Shown here: in pieces, positions 36,454 through 44,986 of the stretch | Numbering within the stretch: position 1 is the first letter of the stretch | Layout: the number at the start of each line of letters is the position of its first letter | DNA from: Candidatus Peribacteria bacterium | Lineage (GTDB): Bacteria > Patescibacteriota > Gracilibacteria > UBA1369 > LOWO2-01-FULL-3 | Assembly (NCBI GenBank): GCA_943358175.1 | Contig: CALRGV010000003.1 | Location: 34,941 to 98,940 of the forward strand | Direction: 5' to 3' | Length of the DNA: 64,000 nt | Position numbers and translations under genes: made by a program | Notes under the pieces: generated by a model | Seen by the model: the letters and a program-made list of their open reading frames with translations, nothing else | Databases searched by the model: none | Told to the model about the DNA's origin: nothing

Positions 36454-37729
36454 ATTACAAATTTTAGGAGCTGCCCAAGCATTTGGATTTGGAGGGATTA
36501 GTGAAATGTGTGCAATTGAGGGAGCCCTTAGAATAGACCCGAGATCTGAAGATTGCACTGTGCACATGATTGAAAATACACAGTTCAAAGCTGTTGTAGC
36601 TGGATCCAGGCAAAGATTTCAATTACATAGTGGTGATATTTTTGATAGTGATCAATTTAAGGATGTTGATGTGGTAGTTCCAAGTTATGATACGGCAGCT
36701 GTATTCTATGGGTGGTTCAATAATTTGCCAGTTTATTTTTACGATGGAATGCTTTGGTTTTGGGATTTTGAAAAATACGAGCAAAAATTAGATGCTGAAA
36801 TTTCAGAGCTTGAATCATTAAAGGCTTCTTCTAACTTGGAAGCTTTGAAACAAAAATATCAAGAATATTTAGGGAATGATTTTCATTTCACTGTTTTAAT
36901 TGCCTATCATTTAGCAAAAAAAATTTATGCGAGAGGGGCTTTAGGCGTAAACGAAAGAGTTTCAGCAATGGGGGAATTAGGTAAAAAAATTCAAGTGATA
37001 GGGGCAATGATAGATCCTTTAGTTGATCCTAACGAGAAAAGCTCTGAAGGTGAACACGTATTGGTGACACTGAGTGGCAGTTTAGCTCCAACATTAAGTT
37101 TCGAGCAGAACATGGTTTTTGCCAGAGGGGCATTGGCCTTTGCTCGTGAGGCTCATGACAAGTTCGAAGTGGATATTCCATTTATTTTTTCTTGTCATCC
37201 AAAAATTTTCGAGCAACTGACGAAGGAAGGATCCTGTGATTCTTTACCTAATAATTTCAAGGTTGTTCCAAGCTTTCCCTATGAAGAAAATTTGAGAATG
37301 ATCAGAGATGCTTATGCTGTTTTTGCTTCACCAGGATTTTCTACTGTTCAAGAGGCTGCTCATTTTAGAACTCCATTATTTTTCTTGCCGGAGCAAAATG
37401 GAGGTCAACCAACAGGCTTTCAGACTTTGAAGAAAGCTGGATATCCAACAGAACATAATCTCACGGTTACTGATAAAATATATGGAGGTGATTGCAACAT
37501 TGGAGATTACGACACTCCGCGATTATACAGAAATGTTGGTGAATTATGGAGTGACGAAATGGCTGAAGTGAGAGAAGGAGTTTTGAGAAGCTTTGTAGAT
37601 GCGTTGAGAGACAAAGATGAAAGGGAAGCGCTTACAAATGGTCAGAGAGAAGCCGTTTCCAGTATGATTGGTGGTTTTGATGGCGCACGGGAAATGGTGA
37701 ATGATTTACTCAGTGATCTACTGAAATGA
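36443..37729 (+). CDS. hypothetical protein, possible GT-B fold (MurG/PseG-like) enzyme
   Basis: 428 aa. The C-terminal AVFASPGFSTVQEAAHFRTPLFFLPEQNGGQP resembles the G..t..E....g.P.i..P....Q motif of GT28/GT1 enzymes. The N-terminal half is not recognised. Confidence 0.35.
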   Translation: MENKLQILGAAQAFGFGGISEMCAIEGALRIDPRSEDCTVHMIENTQFKAVVAGSRQRFQLHSGDIFDSDQFKDVDVVVPSYDTAAVFYGWFNNLPVYFYDGMLWFWDFEKYEQKLDAEISELESLKASSNLEALKQKYQEYLGNDFHFTVLIAYHLAKKIYARGALGVNERVSAMGELGKKIQVIGAMIDPLVDPNEKSSEGEHVLVTLSGSLAPTLSFEQNMVFARGALAFAREAHDKFEVDIPFIFSCHPKIFEQLTKEGSCDSLPNNFKVVPSFPYEENLRMIRDAYAVFASPGFSTVQEAAHFRTPLFFLPEQNGGQPTGFQTLKKAGYPTEHNLTVTDKIYGGDCNIGDYDTPRLYRNVGELWSDEMAEVREGVLRSFVDALRDKDEREALTNGQREAVSSMIGGFDGAREMVNDLLSDLLK

Positions 37730-38700
37730 ATCAAAAAAACTACTTAAATTTTGCTGAAGGAGAGGCTGGTGTCTATCGTGATGGAGAGCTTATTCCATTT
37801 GCGGAAGCACATCTTGGTAGTGGAGAACATACGGATTCTACTTTAATTGTAACTTGTTTTAATCGTGCCCATACTATTAAGCAAGCTATTGAAAGTGCGT
37901 TGAGATGCCAGCAAGAAAAAGGATCCATTGATGTTCTAGCCGTAGACGATGGGTCTACAGATGGAAGTGTCGATATCCTGAGAGGTTTTGCCCAACAAAG
38001 ACTCATTAAATTAGTAGCATTGGCAAATAATTCCGGTTCCGAAGCTTTGCCTAAGAATATTGCAGCCTTCTTAGCAAATTCAGATTATTTATCCTATTTA
38101 GATAGTGATGATCGCATAGGAGAAGTAGATGCTTTTGATACATCTCTAGCTGCACTTAAGGGAAAGGATGAATTTGTAATGAGTGTTTCAAACTTAGTAT
38201 TTGAATTGGGTTGTACTCTCGATGAAGTGGCGGCAAATATGCCATGGTTACTTGATGTTGATAATTATGAACCATCAGCAGTTATTAGAAATACTGTAGC
38301 CAAGCAATACAAAATGAGAGTTGCGAAAGAACATTCAGTATTTGAACTCTTGAACCATGGCTACTACGATGCTTTTAAACTAATGAGAAGAAGTGCATTT
38401 TTAAAGAGTGGAGGAGTAGTAGAAGATATGGGTTCATGTGGAGATTTTGGTACTTATCTGCGACTAAATCGTTTTGGTAGGTGTTTAGCCATTCCTAGGG
38501 ATTTTTATGTCTATGTGATTAATGGCGAGAATGATAGCTTTTATTCCGATGGCAAAAGACAGTGGCTAGAAGCTCAACACCGATCTTTTTCCTTAGGCGA
38601 AATTCGTCACAGGGGAATTAAATATGATGAATTACAATCTCATTGCGAACCGGAGTTTTTTACCAGGTACAAATTTACTCGCGCAGAAGTTGAAGAATAA
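37726..38700 (+). CDS. family 2 glycosyltransferase
   Basis: LIVTCFNRAHTIKQAIESAL...VLAVDDGSTDGS...SYLDSDD. ATGA overlap with the upstream gene. Confidence 0.8.
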   Translation: MNQKNYLNFAEGEAGVYRDGELIPFAEAHLGSGEHTDSTLIVTCFNRAHTIKQAIESALRCQQEKGSIDVLAVDDGSTDGSVDILRGFAQQRLIKLVALANNSGSEALPKNIAAFLANSDYLSYLDSDDRIGEVDAFDTSLAALKGKDEFVMSVSNLVFELGCTLDEVAANMPWLLDVDNYEPSAVIRNTVAKQYKMRVAKEHSVFELLNHGYYDAFKLMRRSAFLKSGGVVEDMGSCGDFGTYLRLNRFGRCLAIPRDFYVYVINGENDSFYSDGKRQWLEAQHRSFSLGEIRHRGIKYDELQSHCEPEFFTRYKFTRAEVEE

Positions 38701-39427
38701 ATTGATGATCTCTTGGATCATATAAAGTTTCACCTCCATTCGCTATTTGGGCCATTTCAGCAAGTTGTGATTGTGATTGAAAGTGATAGTGTTCGAAAAC
38801 TTTTGGATCAAAATATTGTAAGTCTATTTGCTGACTTGCGTATGCTGCCATCGCTTCCGCTTTTCTGGAATCTGGAGGCACAGCCATTGATTGCCATGAT
38901 TTATGTCGGGCTATTCTCTCATTATGAGTAATTTCCTCCCCCTTTTTTGAATAGAGTGGTGTCTCACAAACTGTGATGTTATTTTGAGTTTCACTAAGTA
39001 TTTTCCAGATTGCTGCCACAACGAGATCGTGATCCAAATGACCACCTTCATAAGAATGAGTGATGATGAGATCAGGATCTAATTCTTTAATTATTCCCCT
39101 TACTCCACTGAGAAGTTGAGTAATTTGTAGATGAAGGCGGGAATCTGTTAGCCCTGCAAAATGTAATGGTCGGCTAATGCCTGAAATATCTGCAACCTTT
39201 TTTGCCTCTGCCCGTCTAAAGGCAATATATTCCGGGCCATATAGATGCGGGGTATTTGGATAGTAGTATTCAGGAGAATCTTCCTCCAGAGGCGCTCCAT
39301 CAGTGACAAACGCTAAGGATAGGAGCTGAGAACATTCGCGCATAGCATGAGTAGCTCCGATAACCTCATCATCGGGATGTGCATATATTGCCAGTGGGCT
39401 TTTTGATTTAAAAAACATAAGGAACAA
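38675..39427 (-). CDS. PIG-L/LmbE-family N-deacetylase
   Basis: LAIYAHPDDEVIG and HSYEGGHLDHD zinc-ligand motifs. It is the only minus-strand gene in the island and overlaps the GT2 3' end by 26 nt. Confidence 0.8.
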   Translation of the reverse strand: MFLMFFKSKSPLAIYAHPDDEVIGATHAMRECSQLLSLAFVTDGAPLEEDSPEYYYPNTPHLYGPEYIAFRRAEAKKVADISGISRPLHFAGLTDSRLHLQITQLLSGVRGIIKELDPDLIITHSYEGGHLDHDLVVAAIWKILSETQNNITVCETPLYSKKGEEITHNERIARHKSWQSMAVPPDSRKAEAMAAYASQQIDLQYFDPKVFEHYHFQSQSQLAEMAQIANGGETLYDPRDHQFILQLLRE

Positions 39428-39474
39428 AGGTACGTTTTTTGGCTTTAACTTGTCAAGTGGTATATATTTTAGAC

Positions 39475-40197
39475 ATGAATGATGAATACTCGATTTTATT
39501 CGACAAATATTTGAAACTCAGTGACGAGAAGAAAGCTTTAAACGACTGTGTTTTTAAGGCTATAGAAGATTCGTTTGGGAGAAAGTCCTTAGATATTTTA
39601 GATGTAGGATGTGGCGAGGGGAAATTGAGTAGTTCCTTAGCAAAAGAAGGCCACAAAGTTTCCGCTATAGACGTGAGAGACTCATTTATTGAAGCTAATG
39701 TAAACTTTGAGAGTATTGGTTTTTTTGAGTATTCAACGGAGAAAAAGTTTGATCTGATCATTATGGCTTACTTTTTGTGGGAACTTCCTTTGTATAAATG
39801 GGATGATGTTTTTTTGAAATGCAGTCAAATGATTAAGGGAGGAGGGAAAATTTTTGTGGTGGATGTCTGTAATGAAGGGAAATTTGATAATATTTTTTTT
39901 GAATTCAATCTTATTCAAGATAGGGAATCTCAGGATCTTCAAGATTACTGGGAGAGATATTGTGAGAAAAAATGCGCGAGAGAAAAGAAAATCAATTTTA
40001 ATTCTTCACTTACCGCAGCTAATCCTTCCGACATATATGAAGCCATCGCTTTCTTCTTTAAAGAGCCATTATTAAAAGATATTTATATTAAGAATAAACA
40101 AGAGTTTATTGATTTTTTTGAGAGGAAAAAAAAGAAAAATGGGAAAATAATCCTAACCAGTAAACATGCTCTTGACGTAATTGGGAATACCTTGTAG
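39475..40197 (+). CDS. class I SAM-dependent methyltransferase
   Basis: ILDVGCGEGKLSSSLAKEGHKVSAIDV (motif I) and FDLIIMAYFLWE. I prefer the ATG at 39475 to the listed TTG at 39439. Confidence 0.7.
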   Translation: MNDEYSILFDKYLKLSDEKKALNDCVFKAIEDSFGRKSLDILDVGCGEGKLSSSLAKEGHKVSAIDVRDSFIEANVNFESIGFFEYSTEKKFDLIIMAYFLWELPLYKWDDVFLKCSQMIKGGGKIFVVDVCNEGKFDNIFFEFNLIQDRESQDLQDYWERYCEKKCAREKKINFNSSLTAANPSDIYEAIAFFFKEPLLKDIYIKNKQEFIDFFERKKKKNGKIILTSKHALDVIGNTL

Positions 40198-40223
40198 GGT
40201 TACATCTTTTCTTAATCGGTTAT

Positions 40224-41126
40224 ATGGAAGACCCACAAGGCATAGAAACTAGTTTCCAAATAGTAAATAGAGTAGCTGCTCAGGATGGAAGCATTTCTAA
40301 ATATATTCTTGAGACACCTGGACAAAAAGGGACCTTTGAATTGGGGACATTTACATCAGAGGGCACTTTTGATATTTGTGTTTCAACTATGGCTGGCTGT
40401 CCTTTACAGTGTCAGTTCTGTGCCATTCCGTATAGTGAAATACCATATGAAAGAAAACTCTCAGCTGGAGAGTTACATGAACAGGTATCTCTTGCCTTTC
40501 AGAACAGAGGAGAAATCGAAAATGTAGTGGTTGGATTTATGGGTAACGGAGAACCATTCCTCAATTTTGACGCTGTAGTTGATGCTTCATCTAGAATATT
40601 GAATGATCCAAGTCTTTCAATTAGTTCATTGAATATATCCACTACCGGAGTAAGACCTGAAAGAATTTCTGAGCTTGCAAATACTGATTTTGGGAGATCT
40701 GGAAGAGGGAAGATTCAGTTCAGTTTGCTTTCTCTTGATCCAGCAATACGTAATAAATTTATTCCTAAGGTTAAATCTCTGGAAGAGTGCCTACCTCACT
40801 TAGATTATTTTGCAGCCACCACTGGACAACCCGTGAAGTACAACGTGATGTTAGTTGATGGACTTAATGATTCTATTGAACACGCAAAGGAGTTAGCAAA
40901 ATTTATTCAGGCAGCACCACATTTAAGACGAATAAAGGTTTCTACATTTAATCCCTTCCCCGGGATTGAGATGAAGCCAGCAACCGCAGAAAAATTTGAA
41001 TCTTTCATCGCTCATTTGGAGTCACAGGGAGTAGATGTGAAAGTATTTAAAGGAGATGCAGACGAAAAAGTTTTGGCAAGTTGTGGGCAAATGAGAGCAA
41101 GAGTTGGCAGAATCTTAACTCAATAA
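40224..41126 (+). CDS. RlmN/Cfr-type radical SAM methyl synthase homolog lacking the N-terminal accessory domain
   Basis: DICVSTMAGCPLQCQFC (extra Cys, six residues, then CxxxCxxC), GFMGNGEPFLN, NISTTGV, FSLLSLDPAIRNKFIP, STFNPFPG and LASCGQM align block by block with RlmN. Only about 57 aa precede the first Cys. Confidence 0.8.
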   Translation: MEDPQGIETSFQIVNRVAAQDGSISKYILETPGQKGTFELGTFTSEGTFDICVSTMAGCPLQCQFCAIPYSEIPYERKLSAGELHEQVSLAFQNRGEIENVVVGFMGNGEPFLNFDAVVDASSRILNDPSLSISSLNISTTGVRPERISELANTDFGRSGRGKIQFSLLSLDPAIRNKFIPKVKSLEECLPHLDYFAATTGQPVKYNVMLVDGLNDSIEHAKELAKFIQAAPHLRRIKVSTFNPFPGIEMKPATAEKFESFIAHLESQGVDVKVFKGDADEKVLASCGQMRARVGRILTQ

Positions 41127-41725
41127 TGATGTTAAACCGAATAGTTCTTGCATCAAGTAATCCTGAAAAGCAAAGAGTTGCCAATGAAGTTTGGAGGCCT
41201 GACATGCAGGTTTTATCCCCGCGTGATTTTGGTTATCAATTACCAGATGACATAGAAGGCGAAGATGATTATTCAACAAACGCACGAATCAAAGCTGATT
41301 GGGTAGGTGGTCGCGTTAAATTGCCTGTGATAGCTGATGATAGTGGTATGGAGATTAAAGGATTGGAAGGAAAGCCTGGTGTTAGCACTCGCAGATGGGC
41401 TGATGGATCAAATGACGAAAGACTTATCACGAGGACTGTAGAAGAAATAAGTAGGCTTTCCGAAAGTGAACGTGCTTGTACTTTTAGAATTTGCGCTATC
41501 TATAGAGATGTTAATGGAAAGACTACAGAAGTTGTGGAACAAGATAATGGAGTGCTCTTGCTTGAACCTCAAGGAGATATTTTGCCAGGCCACCCTTTGG
41601 CCTCACTTCTATATCTACCAGAATATGGTGCTACTTTAGCTGAACTAAGAAATAACCCAGATTTTGTAGCCAAAGATGTACGCGCTCACAAGCGGTTAAA
41701 AGAATTATTGTTAAAATCAATTTAA
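41126..41725 (+). CDS. HAM1/RdgB-family non-canonical NTP pyrophosphatase
   Basis: IVLASSNPEKQRV and PVIADDSGMEIKGLEGKPGVSTRRWA. The start overlaps the upstream stop (TAATG at 41124-41128). Confidence 0.75.
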   Translation: MMLNRIVLASSNPEKQRVANEVWRPDMQVLSPRDFGYQLPDDIEGEDDYSTNARIKADWVGGRVKLPVIADDSGMEIKGLEGKPGVSTRRWADGSNDERLITRTVEEISRLSESERACTFRICAIYRDVNGKTTEVVEQDNGVLLLEPQGDILPGHPLASLLYLPEYGATLAELRNNPDFVAKDVRAHKRLKELLLKSI

Positions 41726-41726
41726 T

Positions 41727-42884
41727 ATGGAAGATTTAAAAGTGCCAGAAAGGGTAATACCTGCCGCTCAAATACATTTTCCGGAAGAAGATATTGTCGC
41801 CATGCAAAGTGAGTTTGCTGATATTTTGAGGACAGGACAGCTTGTCTTAGGAGAAAGAACCAAAATTTTCGAGAGAGAATTTGCTGACTATTTAGGTGCA
41901 GATAAAGCTCTAGCGGTAAATAGCGGCACTTCTGCTTTAGAAATTGCTATGAGGTGTATTGGAGTTGAAGGGAAAAATGTAATCGTCCCTGCAAATACTT
42001 TTTATGCTACTGCCGGTGCCGTATTACATGCCGGTGGAAATTTGAAATTTGGAGATATCGAAAGTGAAACTTTTGGATTAGACAGTGAGAATGCATCTAG
42101 ATTAATTGATGAAAATACTGCTGCAATAGTGGTAGTACATATTGGAGGAACTCCCTCTCGCGACTTGATGAAATTAAGACAGCTTTGTGACGAGAGAGGA
42201 ATTAAATTAATTGAAGATAGCGCTCATGCTCATGGCTCTTCAGTGAATGGTCAAAAAGTTGGAACCATTGGAGATGTAGGAACCTTTTCATTTTTCCCTA
42301 CAAAAGTAGTGACTAGTGGAGAAGGTGGAATGGTAGTTGCTAAAGATCCACGCGTAATTGAAGAAGGACGTATTTATAGAGACCAAGGAAAAGCATCCGG
42401 AGGAAGAAATTTCCATACGCATCAAGGCTATGCCTGGAGAATGAGTGAAATTCATGCCTTGCTTGGTATTTCACAATTAAGGAGATTAGATGAATTTATC
42501 GATCATAGAAAAATGATTGCTCGCATTTATGACGATGGTTTAAATGGATTGCCGGATTTAAGTCCAGCGGTAATTCCTGCCGGTTCAGAAAGTAATTATT
42601 ATAAGTATGTTGTAAATTTGAGGCCTTCAATTAATAGAGAATTATTAAAAGCAAAGATGAAAGAATTAGGAGTTTCGCTAAGTGGTGAAGTTTATGCCGA
42701 TGGACTACATTCTCAACCTGTTTTTCAGAATAAATTTGAGGGAGGAGAAAATGGATTTCCTAACGCGGATCATTTTTGTGCAAATCATATTTGCTTACCT
42801 GTCTCTGCAGTCGTGAGTGAAGAAGATGCTAAATACGTAATTGAAAAATTATATGAATTTTGTGGATATTCCAAAACAAGATGA
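41727..42884 (+). CDS. DegT/DnrJ/EryC1/StrS-family aminotransferase (AT2)
   Basis: LGERTKIFEREFADYLG, NSGTSALEIA, EDSAHAHG, and FSFFPTKVVTSGEGGMVV (catalytic Lys). Confidence 0.85.
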   Translation: MEDLKVPERVIPAAQIHFPEEDIVAMQSEFADILRTGQLVLGERTKIFEREFADYLGADKALAVNSGTSALEIAMRCIGVEGKNVIVPANTFYATAGAVLHAGGNLKFGDIESETFGLDSENASRLIDENTAAIVVVHIGGTPSRDLMKLRQLCDERGIKLIEDSAHAHGSSVNGQKVGTIGDVGTFSFFPTKVVTSGEGGMVVAKDPRVIEEGRIYRDQGKASGGRNFHTHQGYAWRMSEIHALLGISQLRRLDEFIDHRKMIARIYDDGLNGLPDLSPAVIPAGSESNYYKYVVNLRPSINRELLKAKMKELGVSLSGEVYADGLHSQPVFQNKFEGGENGFPNADHFCANHICLPVSAVVSEEDAKYVIEKLYEFCGYSKTR

Positions 42885-43950
42885 ATCACTTCAGGCTGAA
42901 ATTTTAACTGCAATAGCTGATATTATTCGTCGTGGAGATTTTATTTTGGGACGAGAAGTCGGTGAATTGGAAGAAATGCTCAAAGACTATTTAGGGGTTA
43001 AGAATGCCATTCTAGTTTCTTCAGGAACGGATGCAATGGCCTTAGCGCTGAGAGCTCTCGATTTACCTAAAGGCAGCTCTGTAATAACTACTCCATTTAC
43101 ATTTTTTGCCACTAGCGAAGTGATTTTAAACGAGGGGCTCATACCTAAATATGTTGATATAGATCCATCTACTTATAATATTTCACCAGAAGCTATTGCT
43201 GCTGCGATTGATTATAATACTTCTGCTATTATGCCAGTTCATATTTTTGGAGGGCCATGTGATATAGAAGGAATCATGAGGGTTGCAAACAAGCAGGGAC
43301 TCCCTGTAATTGAGGATTGCGCTCAAGCTTTTGGAGCAAGCGTAGGCGGAAAAATGGTGGGAAGTTTTGGTCAGTTCGGATGCTATTCATTTTATCCTAC
43401 AAAAAATTTAGGAGCATATGGTGATGCTGGTTTAATGGTTACTGATGATGACGCTATGGCCGTAAAAATTAGAATATTGAGAAATCAGGGCTCTGCTGCT
43501 CCATACAGACATGATTTTGCAGGATTTAACTCTAGGTGCGATACGGTTCAGGCGGCTATTTTAAAAGCAAAACTGCCACATGTTAACGCATTGAATGATA
43601 GACGTAGAGAAATTGCAGCACGTTATAGAGAAGGTCTCCGGAAAGTTAAAGGATTAATTTTGCCAGAAGAATCTGCAGGCACTAATCATGTATATCACCA
43701 ATTTACTATTCAAGTAGAAGCGCGAGACGATTTGAGAAAAGCTCTAAGCGAGCAAGGAATTCCCACCGCCGTTTATTATGATATGGGTTTAAATGAACAA
43801 GAGGCTTTAAGTGGTATTGAGTCATCCGTTTATTTGCCACAGACAAAAGAAGTTTGTTCACGTGTCTTATCCTTGCCAATTCATCCAGGCTTAACTGAAG
43901 AAGATGTAGCTAGAGTAATTACCAATGTAAATAAATTATTAGATGTCTGA
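42853..43950 (+). CDS. DegT/DnrJ/EryC1/StrS-family aminotransferase (AT3)
   Basis: MNFVDIPKQDESLQAEIL..., EDCAQAFGA, and YSFYPTKNLGAYGDAGLMVT (catalytic Lys, WecE-like context). I prefer the ATG at 42853 to the listed TTG at 42841. Confidence 0.85.
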   Translation: MNFVDIPKQDESLQAEILTAIADIIRRGDFILGREVGELEEMLKDYLGVKNAILVSSGTDAMALALRALDLPKGSSVITTPFTFFATSEVILNEGLIPKYVDIDPSTYNISPEAIAAAIDYNTSAIMPVHIFGGPCDIEGIMRVANKQGLPVIEDCAQAFGASVGGKMVGSFGQFGCYSFYPTKNLGAYGDAGLMVTDDDAMAVKIRILRNQGSAAPYRHDFAGFNSRCDTVQAAILKAKLPHVNALNDRRREIAARYREGLRKVKGLILPEESAGTNHVYHQFTIQVEARDDLRKALSEQGIPTAVYYDMGLNEQEALSGIESSVYLPQTKEVCSRVLSLPIHPGLTEEDVARVITNVNKLLDV

Positions 43951-44986
43951 ATTTTGCGTAGAAAAACTAGGTCTATTCCCGCAGAAATTAGCAGCGGTTC
44001 GTGAAGCCCGGAATGGTATTGTTGACACTAGTTATCCAGTGAGCGTGGAGCTTTCTTTGACCGACAAGTGTAACTTTGAATGTGATTGGTGTTCTGATCT
44101 CATGCTTCGTGCAAAGCAAAATGGTCACATGCAAGAAAGAGTAGTTTATAGCTTACTCGATGACCTTGCTGAAGGTGGTACAAAAGGTGTGGTTATTGAA
44201 GGTGGTGGTGAACCAACTTTACATAAAAGTTTTGCAAACATTACAAGAAGAATTGGTGAAACCGGAATGGCCGCAGGCTTGATTACTAATGGAAGTAAAT
44301 TTGATTATGAAGACGTTTTTGGCGTTTTTGAATGGGTGAGAGTGAGCTTAGATGTTTCTTCTCCTGCTCAAATGAACGAGTTGAAATCTAGACAAAAAGC
44401 CATGTTCGATAGAGTGATAGCAAATATTGAAAGGATGGCTAGATTAAAAACTCACACCGTCTTGGGAGTTTCGTACATTATCACCAGAAAAACTAGAGAG
44501 GGAATTGCTGAAATGGTCCAACAATTAAGAGATATGGGAGTAGATTATGTGCAAATTAAACCGGTAGTTGGGCAGCCTCAACTTTCTCTAGATAATTATT
44601 CTGAATTTGAAGATTTGCGGAAATATACAAGAGATGGATTTAAAGTTTTTGTTGATGCATTGAAAGAGAATACTACGAGGGGAAATGCCGGGCTACCTTG
44701 TACAGCTCACAGCTTATCATCAATTGTTGGAGCAAATGGTTCTGTCTATTTATGTGGAAGACTTAATTCTTATCCAGACTGGCCGGCAATTGGTAATATA
44801 AACGACGCTTCATTTAATGAAATTTGGAATAGCTCTGAAAGATTCAGGCAAGCAAATTTAACTTTAGATAAAGATTTTTGTGCTGCAAAATGTCCAGAAT
44901 GTAGATTAACTAAATTCAATGTAGCGCTCGATAAGGGAGAGGATCTTACTCCACCTGATGATGTTAAAACCCCTAATTTTATTTAA
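43943..44986 (+). CDS. radical SAM enzyme with Cys-rich C-terminal (SPASM/twitch-like) extension
   Basis: LSLTDKCNFECDWCSD (CxxxCxxC) and VIEGGGEPTL. The C-terminal Cys cluster is CTAHS...YLCGRL...CAAKCPEC. It overlaps AT3 by 8 nt. Confidence 0.75.
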   Translation: MSEFCVEKLGLFPQKLAAVREARNGIVDTSYPVSVELSLTDKCNFECDWCSDLMLRAKQNGHMQERVVYSLLDDLAEGGTKGVVIEGGGEPTLHKSFANITRRIGETGMAAGLITNGSKFDYEDVFGVFEWVRVSLDVSSPAQMNELKSRQKAMFDRVIANIERMARLKTHTVLGVSYIITRKTREGIAEMVQQLRDMGVDYVQIKPVVGQPQLSLDNYSEFEDLRKYTRDGFKVFVDALKENTTRGNAGLPCTAHSLSSIVGANGSVYLCGRLNSYPDWPAIGNINDASFNEIWNSSERFRQANLTLDKDFCAAKCPECRLTKFNVALDKGEDLTPPDDVKTPNFI

